Origin: Synergistaceae bacterium
GTDB lineage: Bacteria; Synergistota; Synergistia; Synergistales; Synergistaceae
Assembly (NCBI GenBank): GCA_036803565.1
Contig: DAIRUD010000001.1
Coordinates: 1-51,482, forward strand
Direction: 5' to 3'
Length of the DNA: 51,482 nt
The notes below the pieces were generated by a model. The model was given only the letters and a program-made list of their open reading frames with translations. It ran no database searches and was not told the origin of the DNA. Of the stretch, positions 16,514-26,285 are shown in pieces (within the stretch, counting starts at the first letter, position 1; the number at the start of each line of letters is the position of its first letter). Made by a program: the position numbers and the translations under genes.

Positions 16514-17884
16514 ATGGCGAAGGAACGCGTTCTCGTCGTCGGAGGCAACGCCGGCGGCATGACCGCCGCGTCGCAGTTGAGACGCCTGACCGACGACGCG
16601 ACGATCACCGTGTTCGAAAAAGGGCCTTACGTCTCCTACGGTTCATGCGGCATTCCCTTCTACATCGGGGGAATCATCGCGGAGAAGGAGGGGCTGCTGG
16701 CGCGCAGCGCCGACTCCTTCCGCGAAAAGGGCATCGACGTACGCACCAGGCACGAAGTTCTTTCCATCGATCCGCTCGCCCAAAAAGCGATCGTCACGAA
16801 CCTCGCCACCGGCGACCGTTTCGAGGAATCCTGGGACAAGCTGTTGATCGCGACGGGAGCGATTCGCCCCCAACCGCCGATCCCCGGCTCCGACGCAAAG
16901 GGCGTCTTCATGATCGACTCGCCCGACAGCGGCGAGGCCGTCAAGCGCTGGATCGAGGAGAAAAAACCGCGCCGCGCGGTCGTCGTCGGCGGTGGCTATA
17001 TCGGCCTGGAGATGGTGGACGCCTTCGCCGACCTCCTCGGCCTGGACGTCACCGTCATCGAGCTCGCCCCGCAGCTCATGGCGACGCTCGACGAGGGCAT
17101 GGCGGAGGTCGTCCGCAACCACCTCGAATCGCGCGGCGTCAACGTCTGGCTCAACGAATCGGTGGCCGAATTCACGACGCAGGATGGCGTCGTCACCGGT
17201 GTGAAAACGGCCAACGGCGCCGTCGACGCGGACGTCGTCATTCTGGCGCTGGGTATCGCGCCGAACGGAAAACTGGCGGCGGAAGCGGGCATCGAGACCG
17301 GGATCAAGGGCGCGATCGTGACCGACGACACCATGCGCACGTCGGCCCCCAACGTATGGGCCGCGGGCGACTGCGTCGCCTCGAAAAATCTCCTCACGGG
17401 AAAACCGATGCACCTGGCGCTGGGAGCCGTCGCCAACAAGCAGGGACGCGCCGCCGCCTACAACATGGCCGGACTGCGGGAGACGTTTCCCGGCGTCCTC
17501 GGCACCGCCGTGTGCAAAATCTGCGGTTTGGAGATCGCGCGCACTGGCCTCCTCGAACGGGAGCTGCGGGCCGAGGGGCGCGCTTACGCCGCCGAGACGA
17601 TCGACGGTTACACAGCCGCCGCATACATGCCGAACGCGGCGCGAATGCGCGTGAAGATGATCGCCGAATTGCCCTCCCAGCGCGTCGTCGGCGTGCAAAT
17701 CGTCGGCGGCGAAGGCGCGGCGAAACGGATCGACGCCGCCGCGGCCGCCATGACGGCGGGTTTCTCCGTCGAGCAGACGATCTATCTCGATTTTTCCTAC
17801 GCCCCGCCGCTGTCCCCCCTGTGGGACCCGCTGCTGCAGGTCGCGCGGAATCTCCACGGAAAAATCAACGGGACGACGGGATAA
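16514..17884 (+). CDS. FAD-dependent pyridine nucleotide-disulfide oxidoreductase (CoA-disulfide reductase / NADH oxidase family)
   Basis: From ATG 16514 after AAGGAGGGG. VVGGNAGG FAD motif, single redox Cys in SYGSCGIPFY, second Rossmann VVGGGYIGLE, and GDC motif AAGDCVA. Confidence 0.85.
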   Translation: MAKERVLVVGGNAGGMTAASQLRRLTDDATITVFEKGPYVSYGSCGIPFYIGGIIAEKEGLLARSADSFREKGIDVRTRHEVLSIDPLAQKAIVTNLATGDRFEESWDKLLIATGAIRPQPPIPGSDAKGVFMIDSPDSGEAVKRWIEEKKPRRAVVVGGGYIGLEMVDAFADLLGLDVTVIELAPQLMATLDEGMAEVVRNHLESRGVNVWLNESVAEFTTQDGVVTGVKTANGAVDADVVILALGIAPNGKLAAEAGIETGIKGAIVTDDTMRTSAPNVWAAGDCVASKNLLTGKPMHLALGAVANKQGRAAAYNMAGLRETFPGVLGTAVCKICGLEIARTGLLERELRAEGRAYAAETIDGYTAAAYMPNAARMRVKMIAELPSQRVVGVQIVGGEGAAKRIDAAAAAMTAGFSVEQTIYLDFSYAPPLSPLWDPLLQVARNLHGKINGTTG

Positions 17885-17911
17885 CGGCGGAGGGCACCCG
17901 CACACCCACGA

Positions 17912-19486
17912 ATGAAAAACAACGTTCCCGCCTGGAAAAGATTCACCCTGATCGCGGCAGTCGCCTTTCTCGTCGGGTTGCTGCCGTATTTCTTTCTGCT
18001 CCTTAACGTCGAGGCCGGAGAACTCCCTCTGGGGACGTACCTCCTGCACCTCGGCCAATGGCTGTGGGGCCGGATCGTGGCCTATGCGCCGCATATCCTG
18101 ACGATCTACATTTTCGCCGTCGGAGCGTTGATTTTCTTAGAAGGGCGGAACCCGGACCGAACCATCCTCTGGTTGATGACGCTGGCGCTGCTCCCGATCG
18201 TCGGCATCGCGCTGTACCTTTTCCTCGGCCCGGACTTGAAGCGGATCGAACGGCGCAAGCTCTTCCGCCCCACCAGATCCTACCCGGCCATCGTCACACC
18301 GATCGACAAGCAGTACCCGGCAAGGGTGGAGAAAACTTCCATTCTCGCCTACCGCAACTCCGCCAGCGAGATCATGGAGCGCTGCGCGGTGCGGGTGTTG
18401 ATCGACGGAGAGGAGACCTTCTCCGCCATTCTCGCAGCGTTGCGCGGTGCAAAACGCTACATCCATATCGAGTATTTCATCTTCAAGGACGACAGGTTGG
18501 GGCACGAGATCGCCGACATCCTCTGCGAACGCGCCGCCGCCGGGGTCCGTGTCCGTATGACCACCGACGCGGTGGGAAGCTGGAAGCTGGGACGCAAATT
18601 CATCGAGCGCCTGCACAAGGCGGGCGTCGCCTGCCACACCTTCATGCCCGTCTCCTTTCCCTTTTTCCACAGCAGCATCAACTTCCGCAACCACCGCAAA
18701 ATCGTCGTCGTGGACGGGGATATCGCCTTCACCGGCGGCCTGAACGTCGGGACGGAGTATCTGGGCGAGGGGCCGCTCGGTTTCTGGCGGGATACGCACG
18801 CCGCGTTCCGGGGGGACGCCGTGTACGCCCTGAACGAGATCTTCCTCCGCGACTGGAGGATCGCCTCCGGCGAATCGCTCGCGCCGGACGATCCCGTTTT
18901 CGCCCCCACCGACCCGGAGGCCTGCATGAACCTCCCCTTCCTGCCGATGCAGATCGTGGAGAGCGGCTCCTCGTCGGCATGGCACGCGATCCAACAGATG
19001 TACCTGATGATGATCTCGGAGGCGAAGCAGCGGATCTGGATCACCAGCCCCTACCTCGTGCCGGGGGAGGCGATCTTCAACGCGCTGCAGGTGGCGGCGC
19101 TTGCCGGAATCGACGTCCGCCTCCTGATCCCCGCGCAGAGCGACCATTTCCTGGTGTACTGGGCGGGCCGGTCCAACATCGAGGAACTGCTGCGCGCGGG
19201 CGTCCGCATCTGGCGGTACGGCAAGGGTTTCGTCCACGCGAAGACGCTCGTCATGGACGATCTGATCTGTTCCGTCGGGACGGCGAACCTCGACAACCGG
19301 AGCCTCGAGATCAATTTCGAGGTGCAGGCGTTCATTTACGACCGGGAACTGAGCGAGACGTTTGCGCAACAGTTCCTCAAGGATATAATGAACGCGGAGG
19401 AATGCCTCCTCCGGGAATGGGAAAAACGCCCCCTCCCACCGAGATTCCTGGAGGCGGTCGGACGACTGTGGACATCCCAAATCTGA
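17912..19486 (+). CDS. cls: cardiolipin synthase
   Basis: 524 aa. N-terminal TM helices and two HKD phospholipase-D motifs (HRKIVVVDG... and HAKTLVMDD...). Confidence 0.92.
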   Translation: MKNNVPAWKRFTLIAAVAFLVGLLPYFFLLLNVEAGELPLGTYLLHLGQWLWGRIVAYAPHILTIYIFAVGALIFLEGRNPDRTILWLMTLALLPIVGIALYLFLGPDLKRIERRKLFRPTRSYPAIVTPIDKQYPARVEKTSILAYRNSASEIMERCAVRVLIDGEETFSAILAALRGAKRYIHIEYFIFKDDRLGHEIADILCERAAAGVRVRMTTDAVGSWKLGRKFIERLHKAGVACHTFMPVSFPFFHSSINFRNHRKIVVVDGDIAFTGGLNVGTEYLGEGPLGFWRDTHAAFRGDAVYALNEIFLRDWRIASGESLAPDDPVFAPTDPEACMNLPFLPMQIVESGSSSAWHAIQQMYLMMISEAKQRIWITSPYLVPGEAIFNALQVAALAGIDVRLLIPAQSDHFLVYWAGRSNIEELLRAGVRIWRYGKGFVHAKTLVMDDLICSVGTANLDNRSLEINFEVQAFIYDRELSETFAQQFLKDIMNAEECLLREWEKRPLPPRFLEAVGRLWTSQI

Positions 19487-19509
19487 AAAACATCGCCAGA
19501 GAGCGCAAT

Positions 19510-20664
19510 ATGCACGCGAAGCGCGCTTCGGACCGCACGGTCTTCTGGCTGGCCATTCTCGTACTGATCTTTCTCGCCCATTGCTATCTCTACCGCGAGG
19601 TCGTACGTTTGCTTCCGTTGTGGGTCGAGGCGCTGTGGATCTGTCTGGGGCTGCTGGCGATGATCTCCTCGGTCGCGGCGCAACGCCTGGGCGCGCCGCG
19701 GGAGGGCACGGCGTTCCTGCCCCTGCGCGGCTTCTCGCAGCGCTTCGGCGCAGTCTGGAACACGCTGGTGGTCTTGACGACGACGTTCATGTTCGCCGCC
19801 CATATCGCGGGACTGCCCCCGGAGAAATCCTTCTACGGCGCGAACGTACTGGCCCTGGCTGTCTGCGCCTACGGCGTCCACGAGGCCATGTCCGTGCGTA
19901 CGGTGGAAATGCGCCTCGCGACGCCCAAGCTGGCGAGGGGAAAGGCCCTGCGCATCCTCCAGCTTTCCGACCTGCACGTCGGGCCGTTCATGCACCTGAA
20001 CCACGTGCGGCGGATCGTGGAGGCGGCTATCCGGACACGCCCCGACATCGTCGTCGTCACCGGCGACCTCGTCGACGGCCTGGTCGGGAACGAGAACGGG
20101 ATATTCCCCCACTTCCGCACGTTCGCCGCGGAGCTGCGCCGGCTGGCGGACATGAAGCCGAGGCTGGGGGTGTGGGCGGTTCCGGGAAATCACGACCATT
20201 ACGAAAGCTACGACGGCTTCGCCGCGTTCGCGCGGGAAGCGGGTATTCACGTGCTGAAAAGCGCGAAAAAGGACCTCGGAGACCTCCTCGTCGTGGGCGC
20301 GGACGATCTCGATCACCTGCACAAGGACGAGGGCGTCAGCAAATCGCAGGCGCTCCTCTCCTCGTTGTTGCCCTGGGAACGGGATAAATTCGTGTTGCTG
20401 CTGCGTCATCGCCCCGTCGTCGAACCGTCGACACCGGGGCGCTTCGATCTCCAGCTTTCCGGGCACACCCACGGCGGACAGATGTTCACCGTCCCCTCCT
20501 CCCGGCACCGGATCCCCGGGAGGCCGCGCGGCCTGCTCTCCCTCGCCGCCGGTGCGAAACTCTACGTCAGCAACGGCGCTGGCTACGTCGGACCGCCGAT
20601 GCGCTTCCTCGCCCCGGCGGAGATCGACGTCATCGAACTGGAAGGGCAGGGGGAGCGGGCATGA
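19510..20664 (+). CDS. membrane-anchored calcineurin-like metallophosphoesterase
   Basis: From ATG 19510. About 4 N-terminal TM helices, then LSDLHVG, TGDLVDG, GNHDH and SGHTHGGQ metallophosphoesterase motifs. Confidence 0.85.
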   Translation: MHAKRASDRTVFWLAILVLIFLAHCYLYREVVRLLPLWVEALWICLGLLAMISSVAAQRLGAPREGTAFLPLRGFSQRFGAVWNTLVVLTTTFMFAAHIAGLPPEKSFYGANVLALAVCAYGVHEAMSVRTVEMRLATPKLARGKALRILQLSDLHVGPFMHLNHVRRIVEAAIRTRPDIVVVTGDLVDGLVGNENGIFPHFRTFAAELRRLADMKPRLGVWAVPGNHDHYESYDGFAAFAREAGIHVLKSAKKDLGDLLVVGADDLDHLHKDEGVSKSQALLSSLLPWERDKFVLLLRHRPVVEPSTPGRFDLQLSGHTHGGQMFTVPSSRHRIPGRPRGLLSLAAGAKLYVSNGAGYVGPPMRFLAPAEIDVIELEGQGERA

Positions 20665-21884
20665 ACCGCTTCGACCGCTTTTTCGAAGAGACGCGGCGCA
20701 CGCCCGAAGAGGAACGCGCACGCCGGACGCCGGGCGAGGTGCGCGGCCTTCCCGAGGGAGAGTGGGTCGACCAGGGCGTCTACCGCCTGTCGCACACATA
20801 CGCGATCGGCGCGCCGCACGGCGCGCACCCCTTGGAGAACCCGGACGACATGGCGGAGATGCGGCATTTCGGCGCGAAAGAACGCGTCGTCTTTCTGGAC
20901 CTGGAGACGACCGGACTGGCCGGAGGGACCGGAACCTACGCCTTTCTCTGCGGCATCGGCTTCGCCGACCGCGGCGTCTTCCGCGTCCTCCAGTTCTTCC
21001 TCGGCGGCCCGGCGCACGAGGCGGCGTGGCTGCGCGCCGTCGGCGAGAGCATTCCCGACGACGCCTGCCTCGCCACCTACAACGGCAAGACGTTCGACAT
21101 CCCGTTGCTGCGCACCCGCCACGTGCTGGCGCGAAGCGCACCGGCCTGGGACCGCCTGCCCCACCTCGACCTCCTCCACTATGCGCGCAGGCTGTATCGC
21201 GGACACCTCGAATCCTGCTCCCTCTCCAGCATGGAGCGGAACGTGCTGGCCGTCGCACGGAGCGGGGAGGACATCCCCGGCGCGATGATCCCACCCCTTT
21301 ACATGCAATTCCTCCGTACGCGGGACGCAACGCCGTTGCGGGGCGTCTTCTACCACAACGTACTGGACATCGTCTCGTTGGCCGCGCTGTACTGCCATAT
21401 ATCCCACGTCCTCGCCGGGGAGCGCGGGGACGGCAGGGAGCTGACGCGGGGCGGGGACATCTGGCAGGCGCGGGGAGAATACGCGCGGGCGGGCCGCCTG
21501 TGGGATATCGCCTGCGAGAGGGAGGTTTCGGGCGCCGAGGCCTTCGCCCGCAAGGGATTTGCGGCGAAAAAGAGGGGCGACCACATCGCCGCCGCCGACG
21601 CGTTTTCCAGCGCGCTCTCCCTGCTCACGCAGGATCCGCGCAAATACCGCGGCGATTTCCTCTCCTATAAAACGCTGGAGGAACTCGCAAAATTGCAGGA
21701 ACACCGGCTCCGCTCCCCGCAAGCGGCGCTGGGCCATACCGAGGCGGCGCTGGAATGGCTGCGTGCGAACCGCTATTTCCTGGGCCGCCAATACGGCGTA
21801 TTGCACCGTGCGATGCGGCAACGGCAGGCACGGCTGGAGCGCAAGGCGGGAAAGGGCGGGGGCAACGATGACGTCGAACCTTGA
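20661..21884 (+). CDS. RNase H-fold (YprB-like predicted exonuclease) domain protein with a TPR-like helical C-terminal region
   Basis: 407 aa. VVFLDLETTGL...YNGKTFDIPLL...YHNVLDIVSL match the PolB-exonuclease-like RNase_H_2 fold family. ATGA overlap with the upstream gene. Confidence 0.7.
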   Translation: MNRFDRFFEETRRTPEEERARRTPGEVRGLPEGEWVDQGVYRLSHTYAIGAPHGAHPLENPDDMAEMRHFGAKERVVFLDLETTGLAGGTGTYAFLCGIGFADRGVFRVLQFFLGGPAHEAAWLRAVGESIPDDACLATYNGKTFDIPLLRTRHVLARSAPAWDRLPHLDLLHYARRLYRGHLESCSLSSMERNVLAVARSGEDIPGAMIPPLYMQFLRTRDATPLRGVFYHNVLDIVSLAALYCHISHVLAGERGDGRELTRGGDIWQARGEYARAGRLWDIACEREVSGAEAFARKGFAAKKRGDHIAAADAFSSALSLLTQDPRKYRGDFLSYKTLEELAKLQEHRLRSPQAALGHTEAALEWLRANRYFLGRQYGVLHRAMRQRQARLERKAGKGGGNDDVEP

Positions 21885-23031
21885 TTGGCGGACGCTCCTG
21901 CGGCTCTTCCTTCCCCTGTACGCCATTCACTGCATGGAGCAGGTCTACTTCGTCTACGGCAACGTGCTGGCCGGATACGGCATCCCGCAGCAGACGATCG
22001 GCTGGCTGCTCAGCGTCTTTTTCATTATGATCATGGCCGTGCGGCCGGTCGGGGGGTGGCTGTTGGAGAACTTCGGCGTCCGCCGCACCCTGGCCTTCGC
22101 AAGCCTCCTCGGCTTCGCGGGATGTACGACCCTCGTCCTGGCGCGCAGCGTACCGCTGCTCTTTCTGGGCAGGATGCTCTCGGGAGCGAGCTTCGGCATC
22201 TATTCGTTCGGCATCTTCACCTACCAGGCGCTGACGATTCCCGAACAGCAGCGCGGCGCGGCTTTCGCCATCGTCGTCAGCGGCGGCATCCTGCCCACCG
22301 CCACCATCACGCCGATCGGCGAGTGGCTGCTCGTCACCGGGAGGCCCGACCTCTACCTCGCCCTCGGCCCCGTCATCTGCATCCTCTGCTGGTACCTCGG
22401 CACGCGGATCGACGCCGACAGCGTCCCCTTCCGCAAGGAGGGTGAGGCTTGGGGGACGTACGGCGACCTCCTCGAATCGCGGCCGTTTCTCCTCCTCATC
22501 CTGACCGGCGCCCTGATCGCCCTGGTGGACGCGTCGACCGTGAGCATGTCCCTGTTCGCCATGGAGCGGGGCGTCCTAGTCTCCTATTTCCTGGCGAGCG
22601 GCTCGGTGGCCGGCGTGCTCGTGCGCGTCGGCGGCGCGAAAATACTCAATGCGCTGCCCCGCCCCGTCCTTCTCGCACCATGCGGCATGCTGATGTCCGG
22701 CGCGCTGTTTTTCGTAACGCTGCGGCCCTCCGCCGCAACCTTCACGATCGGCGGCCTCCTGTTCGGCATCGGCATCGGCGCGGCCTTTCCGACCCTCCTC
22801 GCCCTGGTCAGCGATACGCTGCCGCAGACGCTCCGCCCCAAGGGCAGCGCCGCCGCCCTCCTGACCTACGACCTCGGCTGGTTCGTAACCCCGTTGACCG
22901 TCGGCTACGCGGCCTCGCTCCTCGGCATCGGCACGACGTTCCGCGCGCTCTCCCTGCTCTCGCTCGTTTCGCTGACCGTGCTGTTTCTCGCCTGCTGGCT
23001 CCCGGCCTATCGCAAGTCCCGCAAGGGATGA
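21868..23031 (+). CDS. MFS transporter
   Basis: From ATG 21868, a 17-nt overlap with the upstream gene. About 12 TM segments, and the loop motif MAVRPVGGWLLENFGVRR resembles the MFS D-R-x-G-R-R loop. Confidence 0.8.
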   Translation: MTSNLDWRTLLRLFLPLYAIHCMEQVYFVYGNVLAGYGIPQQTIGWLLSVFFIMIMAVRPVGGWLLENFGVRRTLAFASLLGFAGCTTLVLARSVPLLFLGRMLSGASFGIYSFGIFTYQALTIPEQQRGAAFAIVVSGGILPTATITPIGEWLLVTGRPDLYLALGPVICILCWYLGTRIDADSVPFRKEGEAWGTYGDLLESRPFLLLILTGALIALVDASTVSMSLFAMERGVLVSYFLASGSVAGVLVRVGGAKILNALPRPVLLAPCGMLMSGALFFVTLRPSAATFTIGGLLFGIGIGAAFPTLLALVSDTLPQTLRPKGSAAALLTYDLGWFVTPLTVGYAASLLGIGTTFRALSLLSLVSLTVLFLACWLPAYRKSRKG

Positions 23032-23184
23032 CCGGCCCGCCGACGCCGGCGGAGCACCCCGCACCGCTCCGCCTCGGGCGCGACCCCGCCGGAGACACGC
23101 CTTCCCCTTCCGCCGGATTCCCCGCGTATATCCGGGAAAAGCGCGTATAATAGACGAAACCAGACAGCCGAAGGGAGAATCGCG

Positions 23185-24582
23185 ATGATCGAACAAAGAC
23201 CCGACGTTCCTGCGCATATCTTCAGGGAGTACGACATTCGCGGGATCGCCGAGAGCGAACTCGCGAGCGAATGCGTGACGGCGATCGGACAGGCTTACGG
23301 CACCTATCTCGCCGAGGCGGGAATCGATACCGTCACGGTCGGCGGGGACGCACGCCTCTCCACGCCCCGCATCAAAGCCGCCGCCATCGACGGGCTGACG
23401 CGCGCAGGCGTCTCGGTCATCGACATCGGCCTCGTTGCGAGCCCGACGTTCTACTGGAGCCTGTACCATTTCGACCTCGCAGGGGGCATCATGGTCACCG
23501 GCAGCCACAACCCTCCCGAATTCAACGGCCTCAAGCTCGCCAAGGGCAAGGCGACCATCTGGGGCGACGAAATCCAGGAGGTCCGCCGCATCATCGAGGG
23601 CGGCAGAACGCGGACGGCGGCGACGCGCGGCACCGTACGCACGGAGGACATCGCACAGCCGTACATCGACATGCTCGTATCGAGCATCCAGCTCGGCCCG
23701 AGAAAACTGCGCGCCGTCCTCGACTCCGGCAACGGCACGGGCGGCCTCTTCGCTCCCGAGTTCATCCGGCGCATCGGCGTCGACGTCATCGAACTGTTCA
23801 GCGAGCCGGACGGGCGCTTCCCCAACCACCATCCCGACCCGACGAAGCGGGAGTACCTCCCCGATCTGATCGCGGCGGTGCAACGCTATCACGCGGACGT
23901 CGGCATCGGGTTCGACGGGGATTCCGACAGAATCGGCGTGGTCGACGACAAGGGCGAGATGCTCTTCGGGGATCAGCTGATGCTGCTCTTCTGGCAGGAA
24001 ATCCTACCGCGACATCCCGGCGCGACCGCCATCGTCGAGGTCAAGAGCTCCATGCTGCTCCCCGAAGGGGTGGAGAAACTCGGCGGACGACCGATCTGGT
24101 GGAAATCCGGGCACTCCCTTGTTAAAGCGAAGATGAAAGAGGAGGACGCGCTCTTCTCCGGCGAGGTCTCCGGCCACATGTTTTTCGCCGACGAATACTA
24201 CGGCTACGACGACGCCTTCTACGCGGCGGGACGCCTGTTGCGCATCCTCTCGAACAGCGACCGCAAGTTGTCGGAGATCGTGGCGGACATGCCCGCCTAC
24301 CCATCCACCGCGGAAACGCGCTTCGACTGCCCGGACGAAATCAAGTTCGACATCGTCGAAAAGGTGCGGGAATCCGCGCTCAAGGACCACGAGGCCATCA
24401 CCGTGGACGGAGTCCGCATTCTCTACGACAACGGCTGGAGCCTGCTGCGCGCCTCCAACACCCAACCCGTACTCGTGGCTCGTTGCGAAGGCAGGACGGA
24501 AGCCGACTTGAGGACGATCTGCGACGATATGAAACGCCGAATCTCGGAAGCGGGGGGACCCGATTTCGAGTGGGAGTACTGA
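23185..24582 (+). CDS. manB: phosphomannomutase/phosphoglucomutase
   Basis: 465 aa. Active-site TGSHNPPEFNG, metal loop GFDGDSDR, sugar-binding GEVSGH. GAAGGGAGA Shine-Dalgarno upstream. Confidence 0.92.
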   Translation: MIEQRPDVPAHIFREYDIRGIAESELASECVTAIGQAYGTYLAEAGIDTVTVGGDARLSTPRIKAAAIDGLTRAGVSVIDIGLVASPTFYWSLYHFDLAGGIMVTGSHNPPEFNGLKLAKGKATIWGDEIQEVRRIIEGGRTRTAATRGTVRTEDIAQPYIDMLVSSIQLGPRKLRAVLDSGNGTGGLFAPEFIRRIGVDVIELFSEPDGRFPNHHPDPTKREYLPDLIAAVQRYHADVGIGFDGDSDRIGVVDDKGEMLFGDQLMLLFWQEILPRHPGATAIVEVKSSMLLPEGVEKLGGRPIWWKSGHSLVKAKMKEEDALFSGEVSGHMFFADEYYGYDDAFYAAGRLLRILSNSDRKLSEIVADMPAYPSTAETRFDCPDEIKFDIVEKVRESALKDHEAITVDGVRILYDNGWSLLRASNTQPVLVARCEGRTEADLRTICDDMKRRISEAGGPDFEWEY

Positions 24583-24594
24583 ACCGCGCCCATC

Positions 24595-24630
24595 CGGCGC
24601 AGGCCCTCTCGTAACCGAGGGCTTGCGCCG
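24595..24630 (+). terminator. 14-bp GC-rich hairpin downstream of manB, a possible U-tract-less terminator
   Basis: CGGCGCAGGCCCUC-ucguaacc-GAGGGCUUGCGCCG. The single G-U pair exists only in the plus-strand RNA. No T-run follows. Two smaller hairpins follow at about 24647-24666 and 24679-24695. Confidence 0.35.
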
Positions 24631-24702
24631 CATTGCGTTCGCCGTCGCCGACCTATCCGGGTCGGCACGCTTTCGGACGGCGGTTTTCGCCGCAAAGAAA
24701 CT

Positions 24703-25022
24703 CTACAGCAGCGGAACCGGAACGTTTTCCGCCTCGTGCGAGAAATTTTTCGTTGCGGGCGGCGTCTGAATCGCCTCAGGGAAGGGGCGCCGCCGCAGAA
24801 TCGCGGCTACGGGCACGCCGTTTTCAAAATCGACGCGGCGACGTACGGCGCATTCCGGCGGTGCACCGAGGCGTTCGGCCTCGCAATCGAAGTGGAATAC
24901 CCCCGCGTCCCAGGCGAGGAGCGTTCCATCGATTTCGACGACGATCGCTTCGAGCCGCACACCGACACCTGGCGGGAACGCCTCAACCGTTACGCCGAGC
25001 AAGAAGCTCCGGCCGCCGCCGT
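24703..25022 (-). pseudogene. possible out-of-frame continuation of the GLUG-repeat gene (frameshifted 3-prime part), or an unannotated small ORF
   Basis: Open frame to TAG at 24703 with no ATG. It begins ...AALNGGGRSFLLGVTVE, which continues the GxVxGxxxVGGLVG repeat pattern of the upstream gene in the -1 frame. Confidence 0.3.
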
Positions 25023-26024
25023 TCAGCGCGGCTTTGTGTAATCCCGCCCGACGACGTCCCCGACCGATCGTCCGCCGTTCACCGCTCCCGTGGCAGCACA
25101 CGCCGCGATATATCCGAAATTCGCCCCCACCAGGCCGCCGACGGTATATCGTCCGCTCACGTTCCCACCGGCAAAGCACTCGTAAAGAAACGACACTTCG
25201 TCGGTCGAACCGGCCAGCCCGCCGACCCAATCGTCTCCCGTCACGTTCCCGTCCGCACGACATTGCGCGAGGGTGGAGGCGTCCCAGACCGCGGAGGCGA
25301 GTCCGCCGGCGTTGCTGCCCGCGGCGAATACGTCGCCGCTCGCGTCCACATACTCCAGGCGGCTCGCGCGCACAGGACCGCAAACGCCGCCGACCTGTTC
25401 CCTTCCCCAAACGCGCGCCGACGAAAACGACCGCGAGATCTCCCCGTCCTGGATCAAACCGACGATCCCGCCGACATAGCGCTCGCCCGCCACCTCGCCC
25501 GCGACCTCGCACCGATATATCGTCAGGTAATCGGCAAGCCCGCACAGGGCGCCGACGAACTTCCCGGAGGCCGCATCGCCCTCCGCTGCGGAGATGGTCA
25601 CCGCGCGCAGGACCAGATTGCCGATGAAGGCCCGCCGCTCCGCCGTCCCCCGCACGCAGCCGAAGAGTCCGGTTCCGTGCGCACTGCCGGGGTCCGTGAT
25701 CGTCAGGCCGCGGATCGCATACCCTCCGCCGTCGAAACTGCCCGCAAAGCGGTGATCGAAGGTGCCGATCGGCGTCCAATTGGCGAAATGCGAAATATCG
25801 ATATCGCCGATCAGACGGTAGGACTTTTCCCCATACGGCACGCCGTCCTCGTCCCGCGTACCCGCATTCACGTTCGCCGCGAGCCAAGCGAGATGCTCCG
25901 AGGAGGAAATCTCGTGTGCGCCGAAGCGATACGGCGGCGCGGGTGACGCCTCCCCAGCCGTACACCTCGCCGCCGCGCACAGCAACAGGAGGAAAACAAA
26001 AATCAGAGATCGCATTTTCCGCAT
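25023..26024 (-). CDS. secreted GLUG-motif repeat protein
   Basis: From ATG 26024. Signal peptide MRKMRSLIFVFLLLLCAAARCTA, then repeated G-x-V-x-G-x-x-x-VGGLVG-type (GLUG) units, e.g. YVGGIVGL, QVGGVCG, WVGGLAGS, TVGGLVGA. Confidence 0.75.
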   Translation of the reverse strand: MRKMRSLIFVFLLLLCAAARCTAGEASPAPPYRFGAHEISSSEHLAWLAANVNAGTRDEDGVPYGEKSYRLIGDIDISHFANWTPIGTFDHRFAGSFDGGGYAIRGLTITDPGSAHGTGLFGCVRGTAERRAFIGNLVLRAVTISAAEGDAASGKFVGALCGLADYLTIYRCEVAGEVAGERYVGGIVGLIQDGEISRSFSSARVWGREQVGGVCGPVRASRLEYVDASGDVFAAGSNAGGLASAVWDASTLAQCRADGNVTGDDWVGGLAGSTDEVSFLYECFAGGNVSGRYTVGGLVGANFGYIAACAATGAVNGGRSVGDVVGRDYTKPR

Positions 26025-26250
26025 CGCGAACACCCTTCCAGTGTGGATCGGAGAACGATCTGCCGCCGCCGATAGCGGCCCGCATTCCGAAAATCGCCGA
26101 ATAGCGGAGATGACGCATACGGAAAAGCGGGACGCAAGCCCATTATGCCACAGAAGCACCAGGCGGTGAAACTTTTGCGCCGAAATGGGTTTTCCTCTTA
26201 TTATCGCACTATTTATTACGTATAATTTCAAATATCTCCCCATGAACAAA

Positions 26251-26279
26251 TTGACAACCCTTCGCAATGTTGGTATATT
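26251..26279 (+). promoter_or_regulatory. near-consensus sigma70 promoter TTGACA-N17-TATATT
   Basis: TTGACA at 26251-26256, a 17-nt spacer, TATATT at 26274-26279. No ORF start follows closely. Confidence 0.5.
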
Positions 26280-26285
26280 GCGCGT

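Noticed and set aside
24736-25041. 101-aa plus-strand ORF (GTG start) in the gap after manB.
   Set aside because: It has no Shine-Dalgarno, lies after the manB hairpins, and the opposite-strand frame continues the GLUG repeat pattern. I cannot exclude it, so it is kept only as the alternative to the frameshift hypothesis.
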